Source of the DNA: Prorocentrum cordatum
Lineage: Eukaryota
Direction of reading: 5' to 3'
Length of the DNA stretch: 55,186 bases
NCBI GenBank assembly: GCA_963575745.1
Contig: CAUYUJ010000179.1
Coordinates: 62,001 to 117,186 of the forward strand
Shown: piece after piece, positions 1-11,019 of the stretch
Layout of the letters: each line of letters starts with the position of its first letter
Numbering within the stretch: the stretch's first letter is position 1
Translations under genes and position numbers: made by a program
Notes under the pieces: generated by a model
Seen by the model: only the letters and a program-made list of their open reading frames with translations
The model's database searches: none
Told to the model about the DNA's origin: nothing

Positions 1-2245
1 GCCCCCTTATCGCTGCAGACATCGGGTGGCCAGTAGATCAAGCCCCGGGCGGGCCGCCTGTTGAAGGGATGCTCGACGGAGGTGCTTTCCTGCTGGCACA
101 GGTACTTGCAGGTGTCGACGCGGGGTCAGCTCAAGACTCAGGGAAGTTTCTCACGGCGGCAGACGGGCTATCAGGCTCCGCTGCAGTGTTTTGAGCTGGG
201 ACGACCCTGCGCTTGCGTGCGGGTGTGGGCCCCCTTATCGCTGCAGACATCGGGTGGCCAGTAGATCAAGCCCCGGGCGGGCCGCCTGTTGAAGGGATGC
301 TCGACGGAGGTGCTTTCCTGCTGGCACAGGTACTTGCAGGTGTCGACGCGGGGTCAGCTCAAGACTCAGGGAAGTTTCTCACGGCGGCAGACGGGCTATC
401 AGGCTCCGCTGCAGTGTTTTGAGCTGGGACGACCCTGCGCTTGCGTGCGGGTGTGGGCCCCCTTATCGCTGCAGACATCGGGTGGCCAGTAGATCAAGCC
501 CCGGGCGGGCCGCCTGTTGAAGGGATGCTCGACGGAGGTGCTTTCCTGCTGGCACAGGTACTTGCAGGTGTCGACGCGGGGTCAGCTCAAGACTCAGGGA
601 AGTTTCTCACGGCGGCAGACGGGCTATCAGGCTCCGCTGCAGTGTTTTGAGCTGGGACGACCCTGCGCTTGCGTGCGGGTGTGGGCCCCCTTATCGCTGC
701 AGACATCGGGTGGCCAGTAGATCAAGCCCCGGGCGGGCCGCCTGTTGAAGGGATGCTCGACGGAGGTGCTTTCCTGCTGGCACAGGTACTTGCAGGTGTC
801 GACGCGGGGTCAGCTCAAGACTCAGGGAAGTTTCTCACGGCGGCAGACGGGCTATCAGGCTCCGCTGCAGTGTTTTGAGCTGGGACGACCCTGCGCTTGC
901 GTGCGGGTGTGGGCCCCCTTATCGCTGCAGACATCGGGTGGCCAGTAGATCAAGCCCCGGGCGGGCCGCCTGTTGAAGGGATGCTCGACGGAGGTGCTTT
1001 CCTGCTGGCACAGGTACTTGCAGGTGTCGACGCGGGGTCAGCTCAAGACTCAGGGAAGTTTCTCACGGCGGCAGACGGGCTATCAGGCTCCGCTGCAGTG
1101 TTTTGAGCTGGGACGACCCTGCGCTTGCGTGCGGGTGTGGGCCCCCTTATCGCTGCAGACATCGGGTGGCCAGTAGATCAAGCCCCGGGCGGGCCGCCTG
1201 TTGAAGGGATGCTCGACGGAGGTGCTTTCCTGCTGGCACAGGTACTTGCAGGTGTCGACGCGGGGTCAGCTCAAGACTCAGGGAAGTTTCTCACGGCGGC
1301 AGACGGGCTATCAGGCTCCGCTGCAGTGTTTTGAGCTGGGACGACCCTGCGCTTGCGTGCGGGTGTGGGCCCCCTTATCGCTGCAGACATCGGGTGGCCA
1401 GTAGATCAAGCCCCGGGCGGGCCGCCTGTTGAAGGGATGCTCGACGGAGGTGCTTTCCTGCTGGCACAGGTACTTGCAGGTGTCGACGCGGGGTCAGCTC
1501 AAGACTCAGGAAGTTTCTCACGGCGGCAGACGGGCTATCAGGCTCCGCTGCAGTGTTTTGAGCTGGGACGACCCTGCGCTTGCGTGCGGGTGTGGGCCCC
1601 CTTATCGCTGCACACATCGGGTGGCCAGTAGATCAAGCCCCGGGCGGGCCGCCTGTTGAAGGGATGCTCGACGGAGGTGCTTTCCTGCTGGCACACTTGC
1701 AGTTCGTCTGCCCACGGCCGTCCTGAGGTTCGGAAGAGTCGACGCAGGGTGAGCTCAAGACTCAAGAGTCTTCTCATGATGGCATACAGCTTATCAGGCG
1801 CCGCTGCAGTGTTTTGAGCTGGGACAACCCTGCGCTTGCGTGCGGGTGTGGGCCCCCTTATCGCTGCAGACATCGGGTGGCCAGTAGATCAAGCCCCGGG
1901 CGGGCCGCCTGTTGAAGGGATGCTCGACGGAGGTGCTTTCCTGCTGGCACACTTGCAGTTCGTCTGCCCACGGCCGTCCTGAGGTTCGGAAGTGTCGACG
2001 CAGGGTCAGTCCAAGACTCAAGAGTCTTCTCATGATGGCATACAGCTTATCAGGCGCTGCTGCAGTGTTTTGAGCTGGGACGACCCTGCAGCTGCGTGCG
2101 GGTGTGAGCCCCCTTGTCGCTGCACACATCAGATGGCCAGTAGATCAAGCCCCGGGCGGGCCGCCTGTTGAAGGGGTGCTCGACGGAGGTGCTTTCCTGC
2201 TGGCATACTTGCAGTTCGTCTGCTTGCTGCGGGCTTCAGGTTCAG
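1..2245. repeat. Tandem satellite: ~7 near-identical 228-bp units, then ~2.5 diverged 256-bp units; truncated by the window start
   Basis: Unit start gcccccttatcgctgcagacatc recurs at 1, 229, 457, 685, 913, 1141 and 1369. Identical ORFs recur every 228 nt. From ~1600 the period becomes 256 with an extra ttcgtctgccca... segment. Confidence 0.98.
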
Positions 2246-2559
2246 AACTGTGAGTGAACTCGTGTGGTTGGGACGTGTGGTTGGGAAGTGCAATGCGATG
2301 CGTTGACATGGAGTAGCATGTCCTTGGTGTATCGTATCCACTTCTTGACGCTTCGGGTGTCCCCACCAGACCATCCAGCAACGATGCCCCGGCGAGTTGT
2401 ATTGCTCAGGGAAGTGTGGGAGCAAGCATTGGAGCCAAGACTTTCGCGGATCTTTCGATATGGGAGTCTGTTGGCAGCTCGCTTGGGCCATCTTGGGGCC
2501 ATTTTGGAGGCCTTCGGAGCTCTCAGAGGGCCCTCTCGGGATCCTCTTGGAACCGATAC

Positions 2560-2626
2560 ATGTATATATACATATTTATATATATATATATATGTATATG
2601 CATATATGTATATGTGTATGTATATA
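2560..2626. repeat. (TA)n/(TATG)n microsatellite
   Basis: Direct reading: tgtatatatacatatttatatatatatatatatgtatatg... Confidence 0.9.
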
Positions 2627-3658
2627 GGGACTCCTTTGGCGCATACCTGTCGTTGTATGCCCCCCTGGGTAATGGTAGCCATCTTAATTACGTGGGGGGG
2701 GGCTGAATACCCCCACATGTTGTTCCTCGCGCGCGTGCGATTGCGATCTCAGCGCATCCCCGCCCTGACGTGCCACACCTCGCCAAAGCGTTACCATTAC
2801 GGGGGTCCTCCCCAACGATCGTGACCGGACAGTCTTACAAAACCATTCTCGCTCTCTTGGGGCTCTCTTGGGCGCATTGGGGGCATTTGTGGGACCGTCT
2901 TAGAGGCCATCAATCATCAACTCGCTGGAGGCCGAGCAAATGCCTCTTGGGGCCCTCTTGTACTCTTGGGCGCTCGTGGAGCGCTCTTGGGCGCTCTTGG
3001 GGCCGTCTTGTACTCTTCTTGGGTTTTCATTGAAGCTCTCTCGGACCACCTTGAAGCCATCTTGAGGCCCGAGGGACCCATCGGGGGCGCACAGGCACGA
3101 AGACAACACACATGAATGTTGTCAAGATTTTGGATGGATTTTGCCCTTCTGGGGGGTCCTTGGGAGGCTCCCGCGCGTGTCCTCCACTGCGCTGTAGGGG
3201 AGCAGGTCTGGGGGTACCGGCGCTGTGGGAACGTGGAGGGGGGGTAGGAGGTAGAGGGCTGGGGGGAACACGGCTGTGAGTAGCATCATCGTGCAGAGTG
3301 TAAGGGCGCACTGTTTACGACTTGGCGCGAGCAGGGGGGGCGCTTTTGTTCTTGTTTCTGTCAGAAGCCCTGCCAGGCAGCTAAAACGCATTCTAACACG
3401 CCTCATCATGCAGGTGGCATTGGGCGGAACTGCCGTTCGGTTGCCCATTGGCGACCTCAGATGTTGGGCAGTGACAAACAGTGCGTGGAGCAGGAGCGGT
3501 ACCAGCCTGGTATGTTTCCTCCCCCAGTCGGCTATGATGCGTGCTGCGACGATCCTTCTGACTCGTGCCATGCTGTGTGCGTGCTGGCAGGGTAGGCCTC
3601 GAGCAGGACGCCACTGCTGTAATGTCATGTTGCTGTGTGCATTCATGCAGACACAGTA

Positions 3659-4434
3659 TATCCAGCTGCCAAAGGCAATTCCGCCACCGTGTCAGCGTAG
3701 TATTCTTGGTGGTGGCTATTGGAGAAAACACGGGAGGCCGTCACTTCTGACAACTCGGGCATCTCGAAGGCCTTGCGAGCATGTTGGGTGCCTTTTGTGG
3801 GGCTCTTGGGAGCGCCTCAGGGGTGCTTCGGAGGCTCTTGGGGGGCTCCTTGGGCCGTCTGAGGGTGCTCTTGGGCCATCTGGGCACTTTCGAAGTCCGT
3901 TTCGGGGGGCTATCTGTAGCATTGGGGCCCTCTTTTTGGGCTTCGAGGGCCGTCTGAAGGCTCCAATGTGCCGACCCAGGGTCCTCTTGGACCGCTCGTG
4001 GGCCATCTTGGAACCCTCTTGCGCCGCCTGGGGGCCCTCTTGAGGCCTTCGTGGGCCGTCTTGAGGCCATCTTGGAGGCGTCTTGGGCCGCCTTTAGCTC
4101 ACGGACGCCCGAAACTGTGAGAATTCGAACATCCATCACACACCGAAGGAACGCACATGGGTTTAGCCTCTTCTGACAATGCTGGAGGCTCCTTTCGAAC
4201 CCCCTTGCGCCGTCTTGAGAGTCTATTGCAGGCCATCTTGTACAGTCTTGAGACTATATCGGGCCGTCTTGGAGACATATCTCGGGCCATCTTGGTGGCC
4301 TTGGAGGCTTTCCTGGGCCATCACGTCGAGGCACCTAGGGAGCCTCGGGAGAAGGGTGTGGCCCTTTGAAGACCCCTGCCAGGCAGCGCTTGGTATTCTT
4401 CCACACCTCAACGTGCCAGGGGCACGGTGGCGGA
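3659..4434 (-). mobile_element. Family A non-autonomous element (Helitron/Helentron-like), copy A1
   Basis: Left end: tatccagc, hairpin tgcc-aaa-ggca, then IR tccgccaccgtg (3680-3691). Right end: cacggtggcgga (4423-4434). Interior is ggcctcttgg-type low-complexity DNA. Confidence 0.75.
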
Positions 4435-5262
4435 TTATCCAGCTCTTACGGGAGGTCCCGCCACCGTGCCTGGTTGCAGGCATGAAGGTTATTTGATGTT
4501 CTTTGGGATCTCGTGGGAGGCCTTTCGGGTGCCCCTTGGAGGCAGTCTTGGGGCCTCTCGGGGGTAGTTTTGGGGCCTTTCGGGGCATGTGTTGGGCCTC
4601 TTGGGGGCCTGTTGGGGCCTCTTGGGGGCCTTTCGGGGCCCCCGGGGGCCTCCTGGGGGCCTCTTAGGGCGGAAGGATCGGATTTTCGGTTCGTGTTCTC
4701 TCTCTCTTGGGCCTCTGTTGGGGACTTCTTGGGGCCCTCTGGGGCTTTCCTGGGCGCCTTGGCCGTCTTGGGGGGCTCTTAGGCAGTCTTGGGGCCCTCT
4801 TGGAGGCATCTTGGGCCGTTTTGGAGTGGTCTTGGTACGGCCTCTTGGGCCGTCTGGGAGCGTCGGGAAGCCGAAAATGCGATACAGCCAACATCTTTTC
4901 AACAACCACAGGAACACCATGTTTTTTTTTGCCTCTTGGGGCCCTCTTGGGAAGCCTCCTGGAGGCCTCTTGGGGCGTCTTGGAGGCCTCTTGGGCCATC
5001 GGAGGGCATCTTGGGCGTCTTCGAGCGATCGTTCGGCGACTCGGGGCCCTCTTGAACCGTCTTGAGGGCCTCCTGGGCCATCACTGAGGCTTTGGAGTTC
5101 CAGGGAGGCGCAATCGTCGCCCAGGGACCCCCCAGAAGTAGGGGTGGTGCAGATGGTTGGGTGCTTCCCGCGGAGGTTTTTTTTTAAAAAGACTACAGAA
5201 AATCCACCAGGCAGCCTTTGGTATTTTTCCAAGCCTCAACGTGCTGCAGGCACGGTGGCGGA
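4435..5262 (-). mobile_element. Family A element, copy A2, fused head-to-tail to A1
   Basis: Starts ttatccagc directly after A1. A 15-bp IR ccgccaccgtgcctg (4458-4472) pairs with caggcacggtggcgg (5247-5261). Its last ~45 nt resemble those of A1 (cctcaacgtgc...cacggtggcggattatc). Confidence 0.75.
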
Positions 5263-5344
5263 TTATCATGAGCACCGTGAGCGTATCACGGCCTTAGAAG
5301 CGCATGGTGTTGATGCGTGTCGTGCGTGAGCCTCGCTCAGCGCA

Positions 5345-6120
5345 GGGCTGGCTCAAGTTCTTCACGGCGGCAGACAGCTTATCAGGCGCCGCTGCAGCGT
5401 TTTGAGCTGGGACGACCCTGCGCTTGCATGCGGGTGTGGGCCCCCTTATCGCTGCACGCATCGGGTGGCCAGTAGATCAAGCCCCGGGCGGGCCGCCTGT
5501 TGAAGGGATGCTCGACGGAGGTGCTTTCCTGCTGGCACAGGCACTTGCAGTTCGTCTGCCCACTGCGGGCCTCAGGTTCGGGGGTGTCGACGCGGGGTCA
5601 GCTCAAGACTCAAGGAGCTTCTCACGGCGGCAGACAGCTTATCAGGCGCCGCTGCAGCGTTTTGAGCTGGGACGACCCTGCGCTTGCATGCGGGTGTGAG
5701 CTCCCTTATCGCTGCACACATCGGGTGGCCAGTAGATCAAGCCCCGTGCGGGCCGCCTGTTGAAGGGATGCTCGACGGAGGTGCTTTCCTGCTGGCACAG
5801 ACACTTGCAGTTCGTCTGCTCACTGCGGGCCTCAGGTTCGGGAGTGTCGATGCGGGGTCAGCTCAAGACTCAAGGAGCTTCTCACGGTGGCAGACAGCTT
5901 ATCAGGCGCCGCTGCAGCGTTTTGAGCTGGGACGACCCTGCGCTTGCATGCGGGTGTGAGCCCCCTTATCGCTGCACACATCGGGTGGCCAGTAGATCAA
6001 GCCCCGGGCGGGCCGCCTGTTGAAGGGATGCTTGACGGAGGTGCTTTCCTGCTGGCACACGTGCTTGCAGTTCGTCTGCCCACTGCGGGCCTCAGGTTCG
6101 AAAGCGTCAGCGCAGGGTCA
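5345..6120. repeat. Continuation of the same satellite as three 260-bp units
   Basis: Same unit sequence; ORFs at 5424, 5684 and 5944 are spaced 260 nt apart. Confidence 0.95.
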
Positions 6121-6124
6121 GCGC

Positions 6125-6840
6125 CGAGCGCAAGTCTCAAGAAGCCTCTCAAGGCGGAAACCATTCAAAGATTTCAGGGAATGCTCCACGGCTTTGCCTC
6201 GTGGGGCCCTCGCGGAGTGCTCATGTAGACCTCTGTGGGCGTCTTGAAGGCGTCTCGGGCCGTTTGGAGGCCATCTTTGGCGTCTTGGAGCGATCTTTTG
6301 CGGACTGAGTCCTCTTTGAGCCCCCCTTGGATTATCTTGGACCTGAAGTGCCGCAGGAGGGCCAACTTCGCTCGAAGGCTTCCCGAAAAGGGCAGGCGTG
6401 GGGACCCCCCCTCGGGATCCCCCCCATGACCCCCCACATGACCCCCCCCCCCTGGGGTGGGGAAGGGATCTAAGGAAAGGTGTTTCACTTCGACTCAGTT
6501 GCGACTTCGACTGTGATCTGGCTCGATTCAACTCGAGTTGACGAGCTCGGCGCGCCAACGAGGGGCTCGGGAAAGTCTCTGGGAATGGAAAAGCACATCG
6601 AATGACGACCGTGGCTGACGACGACACCGGGACGACAGACTCCCCTTCGCACACGCCGACACAGGTCAGAGGGAAAAATCACACAGACACAATTAATCGT
6701 CGATCCTCAGAAAATATGGGAAACTATGGGAGGTGGGGGGGAAGACGAAAACCCAGAACATGTAGGACAATATGGGGACTCCTGTTATTTTTGTGTATTT
6801 ATTTGTGTGTCCCAGGGCCCCCTCAACAGGGTCGGCGGAA
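6125..6840 (-). mobile_element. Degenerate family A remnants
   Basis: cttcgactca (~6487) and cacacgccgaca (~6650) match the right part of the 16092-17175 copy. A second terminal motif cagggtcggcgga lies at 6827-6839. No left end found. Confidence 0.5.
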
Positions 6841-7354
6841 TTGTTTGGGGGAGAAGGCAGGTGCCAGGTCGGCGGAGCGGTCCAGCTCCTCAACTCGGGT
6901 GTGCTGGTTCCTCGCGCAAGCTCTTTGCCATGCCATGCTACGCTTAAGTCGGGCCTGTTCCTCTACAGGAGGAATATTCAAAAACAGTTAAAAGTAGCCT
7001 GGGGCCGACTTTTCGATTATTTTGCCCATATGGGGGGGTATTTCTTGAGTATCTTTTATATTTCGCCCAAAATCCCCCTGCAGGGGGACGCGCCCGATTT
7101 ATTGCTACGCTGTGCCATGCGATCCTACCATTATGTGCTGTGGTATGCAGTGCCATCCTGTGCTGTGTTTTGCAATACCACAGTGCGCAATCGAGGACGC
7201 CTGCGGCGAGTCACCGCCGCCCCCTGCCTTTTGGAATCGACCATGTGGCCGAGCATTGTGGCAAGAGTTCTGCCAAGCTATCGGTCAATGTGTTCCCGCA
7301 ACCGTTGTGGAAACCCTTCGGGGAACAGTTGTGGAAGGACGGCGAGGAAGATCA

Positions 7355-7404
7355 GGAGGATGAGGAGGAGGAGGCGGAGGAGGAGGAGGAGGGAGGAAGA
7401 GGAG

Positions 7405-7436
<32 letters not shown>

Positions 7437-7470
7437 TAACGATGATGAGGAGGAGGGGGAGGAGGAACAG
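7355..7470. repeat. (GAG)n purine microsatellite
   Basis: Direct reading. Confidence 0.9.
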
Positions 7471-7941
7471 ACAAGATGAGGCAGTAATCGAGGCGAGCCT
7501 GGCGTCAGTATGTACAGAGCGGTGAAATCGCTTCAGGATGCGTATGATAGGCCTGCCAGTGGCTGCCGCTGTAAGGACGGCTGTCTCTGGCCGACAGCGG
7601 GACACTAAAAGGAGAAGACCATGCTGCCCGAGAGCGGTATCATTCTTCCGATTCAGAAGGGAAGAGAAGGAGTGATATAGGCAGAAGGAAGAGGCGGAGG
7701 ATGATGAGGAGGAGGAGGTCCTCTCTCCTCCCTCCCTGTCCCTCCTTCCTTATCTATCCATCCCTCCGTCCCCCCTTCGTTTCTTTGTCCGCCGTCCCTC
7801 CCTCCCTCTGTCCCCTCCCCCCTGCCCCCACCTCGGCCCCCCCATTTCTCCCACCGCCCTTTCCGCCTCCCTTCCCTTCAGCGGTCCCTCTCTGACGTCC
7901 AGCACCGTCCCCGTTTGGAGTTTCCCGCCCAGGGCCGCCCG

Positions 7942-8491
7942 ATGACACCTCCGCCGTCAGCCTCGGCGGCCCGGGGGCAGTCCCTGGCGTGCCGGCCGCG
8001 CTCGGCGGTGTGCCAGTCGGCAGCGCAGGCTTCTCGCCAGGCGAGTCGCCGCCGACATCGGTCGAGAGACACCGCTCCTGCTGCAACCATCAGGAGCTGC
8101 GGAAACATGAAGCAGTGGAGTGCGGCTTTGAGCTTGCTCCGCGATGTGTCACAGTCTCGCACACGAGCGAGTGCAGCCCTTTACACTGCTGTCATTGGGG
8201 CCTGCGGAAGGGGGAAGGAGTGGCAGCAGGCGCTGGGATTGCTGAGTGAGTTCTTGGAGGCAGAGCTGGAGCTGGACGCAACAATCTGCAGTGCTGGTAT
8301 CGGCGCATGCGAGAAGGTTGGGGAGTGGCAGCAAGCATTGTTGTTGCTCGAGGACATGGGTGACGCGAACTTAGAACAGGACGTCATAAGCTTCGTTGTT
8401 GGACTCAGCGCGTGTGCGAAGGGTAGGCAGTGGCGGCAGGCATTGATGTTGCTCAGAGAAATGGATGAAGCATTATTTGAGCCTGATTTTA
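7942..8491 (+). CDS. PPR protein paralogue 1, coding segment 1 (N-terminal extension plus 4 PPR motifs)
   Basis: 35-aa repeats such as YTAVIGACGRGKEWQQALGLLSEFLEAELELDATI. ATG 7942 aligns with ATG 23120 of paralogue 2. Preceded by a long pyrimidine tract and CAG at ~7880. Confidence 0.88.
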
Positions 8492-9070
8492 TTGTAGTGG
8501 CCTTCGGCCAGTGCCGCCGATCCGGGGCGCTCCGACTGATGTGATCCTTCTTCGCCCTCGTCCCTCCTCTCTTTTTCCCTCCCCTCCTCTCACTCAGCAT
8601 TTATCCAGTGGCCGTCGGCCTATCCCGCCACCGTGCGTGGGTGGTGGGTCAGAGGCCTCATGGATGCTGGTTGGGATCTCGTGGTTGGCTGGGACTTCTG
8701 GGGGCCTCTTGGGCGCCTCTTGGGGCTTCTTGGGGGCCTCTTGGGCCTCTTGGGGCCACTAGAGGGCCTCTTGGGGGTCTCTTGGGAGCCTCTTGGGGCT
8801 TCTTGGGGGCCTCTTCTGCGCCCCTTGGGGCCTCTTGGAGGCCTCCTCGGAGCCTCTTGGTGCGGGAGGGGTGGTACTCGAGTTCGGAACCCCCTCGGAG
8901 GCCACGATCCTTGTGAGGGGTGTCAAAAAACGCATCCGCCGGAAACTCGCACCCCCCCCCCCCACCCCCCCTTCCCCGGCAGAGCCACCCCGGCAACCCC
9001 CCCAGAGGCTGAGGCTCAGCCTCGAGGCTGTAGCTGAGACTCCTTGAAACTCACACGCCGGATCGGCGGA
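8492..9070 (-). mobile_element. Family A element (579 bp) inserted in the PPR1 coding sequence; candidate TE-derived intron
   Basis: Removal gives GAT TTT ATT AGT CAT AGT GCC GCC ATG (DFISHSAAM), the uninterrupted peptide of paralogue 2 at ~24545-24571. Hairpin ggcc-ttc-ggcc, IR ccgccgatccgg (8514-8525) / ccggatcggcgg (9058-9069), cacacgcc motif. Confidence 0.85.
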
Positions 9071-10013
9071 TTAGTCATAGTGCCGCCATGAGCGCGTGTG
9101 GATCATGTGGGCGATGGCAGCAGGCGCTCTTGCTGCTCAGCAAATTATTGGGAGTGCGGCTGAGGCCAGACGTAATCGCCCTCAATGCCGCGATAAGCGC
9201 GTGCGAGAAGGGAGAGCAATGGCAGCAGGCGCTGTTGCTACTTCGAGACGTAAGTGAACTGAGACTAGAACTGAACGCCATTGGGTGTAGCGCTGGAATC
9301 AGTGCTTGCGGGAAATGTGGGCAGTGGCAGCGAGCTTTGTCGCTGCTCGACGAGATGCGGGAGGCGAGTTTGGAGCCCACTTTGATCAGCTATAATGCTG
9401 CAATCAGCGCGTGCGCAGAAGGCGAACAGTGGCAGCACGCACTACTGCTGCTCAGTGATGTGCTCGAGGCGAATCTGGAAGTGGACGTAATCGGCTGCAG
9501 CGCTGGAATTAGCGCGTGCGGAAATGGTGGAGCTTGGAGGCAGGGTCTGTCGCTGCTCCGCCACATGCAGGGAGCACAGTTGGAGCTGGGCGTCGTCAGC
9601 TACAGCGCCGGAGTCAGCGCATGTGACAGAGCTGGCCAGTGGCAACAGGCGCTGATGCTGCTCAGAGAGATGGGAGACGTCAGAGTGCAGCCCAACGTGG
9701 CGAGCTACGGCGCGGGGATCAGCGCGTGCGAAAAGGGGGGCCAGTGGCAGCATGCGCTTTCGTTGATCAGGGGAGCTCGCTCGCTGCTGGACGTCGGCTG
9801 CTTCAATGTCGGAGTCCAAGCATGCGGAAGAGACGGACACTGGCAGCAGGCGCTGCTGCTGCTCAGTGAGCTGCGGGCACTGCGGCTGGAGCCCGACATC
9901 GTCAGCTACAGCGCTGCAGTGAGCGCGTGCGGAAACGGCTGGCAGTGGCAGCGCGCGCTTCTTCTGCTAGCTGAGATGGTGGAGGCTAAAGTGGAGCCAG
10001 ACGCCATCCTAGG
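9071..10013 (+). CDS. PPR protein paralogue 1, coding segment 2 (9 PPR motifs)
   Basis: ORF 9088..10047 has tandem YNAAISAC..GEQWQHALLLLSDV..LE.DVI motifs and is in the same frame as segment 1. Confidence 0.95.
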
Positions 10014-10176
10014 GAGCCCCAAGGAACGGGTGAAACGCGCACACTAACTCGTCGATCCTTATCTTCTGCCTGCTCCCAAGGCAGCAGTATTTTGAGGGAG
10101 CCTGGGGGTGTGGGAGGAGAGAACTCGTCAAGTTTATGCAGATTTCGTCGCCTGCTTTTTCTGCCCCCTACATCAG
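10014..10176 (+). other. Probable spliceosomal intron with non-canonical GA donor (GA...AG, 163 nt)
   Basis: AGG|gagcc...pyrimidine tract...catcag|C TTT AAT restores the frame between ORFs 9088 and 10136. Homologous donor (aggg agcc, ~25697) and acceptor (tcgcc.gct..ttctg.cccc...cag, ~25852) regions exist at the same position in paralogue 2. Confidence 0.65.
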
Positions 10177-10804
10177 CTTTAATGCTGGAGTCAGCGCGTG
10201 CCAGAAAGGAAGCGTGTGGAGAAATGCGCTGTGGCTCCTCAGAGAGATACGTGAGGTTTTGCTGGAGCCCGACATCGTGGGTTACAGCGCTTCAATAAGC
10301 GCGTGCGAGCAAGACAGGCAGTGGCAGCAGGCGCTGTTGCTGCTCTTCGAATCGATGGAAAAGCAGTTGGAGCCGAACGAATTGACCTACAGCGCTGGAA
10401 TCGGCGTGTGCGGGGCCAGCGGGCAGTGGCAGCAATCGCTGTCTCTGCTCAGCGAAATGCACGAAGCGAGGTTGTCGAGCGCTTTCGGCCACAGTGCCGG
10501 AATCAGCGCGTGCGGGGACGCTCAGCTGTGGTCGCAGGCGATCTCGCTGCTCAGAGAAGCAGAGACGCTAAAACTGGAGCTGGACGTCGTTTGCTACAGT
10601 GCTGGCGTCAGCGCTTGCGAGAAGGGCAGGCAGTGGCAGCAGGCGCTGTCGCTGCTCGGCGAGGCGCGGCGGGCGAGGCTGGGGCCAAACATCGTCTGCT
10701 GCGGCGCCGGAATTGGCGCGTGCGCGGTCTGCGGGAAGCCGCAGCAGGCGCTCTCGTTGCTCGGCGAGATTCGGGAGGCGGGGCTAACGCCTGACGTGAT
10801 CAGC
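10177..10804 (+). CDS. PPR protein paralogue 1, coding segment 3 (6 PPR motifs); 3' end uncertain
   Basis: PPR motifs in ORF 10136..11047 run to ...LTPDVIS, after which the ORF is low complexity. Possible donor g|gtaagt at 10830. Confidence 0.9.
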
Positions 10805-11019
10805 CAGGGGCGGGAAACGGAGGACCATGGTAAGTGGGGAGCGGAGGATCTAGGGGAGGTGGGGCAGGGAGGCGAAGGGGCTAGCGCGAGAAGCAGCAGA
10901 AGGATGGAGAGTAGGCTGAGGATGATGACTATGGTGGTGCTGGTGGTCGTGAAGGTGGTTGTGGTGATGATGTTGTTGACGTTGATGCTTATGTCGATGC
11001 CGATATCGATGTTGCTGCT

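Noticed and set aside
1..2245. Repeated 67/69-aa ORFs as a tandem gene array, or an SL-RNA/5S array
   Set aside because: The ORFs are short, mostly start at non-ATG codons and frameshift in the 256/260-bp variants. No 22-nt dinoflagellate spliced leader or 5S sequence is recognisable.
5346..5358. tggctcaag resembling the 3' end of the dinoflagellate spliced leader
   Set aside because: Only 9 nt match, and it corresponds to the satellite's own gctcaag motif.
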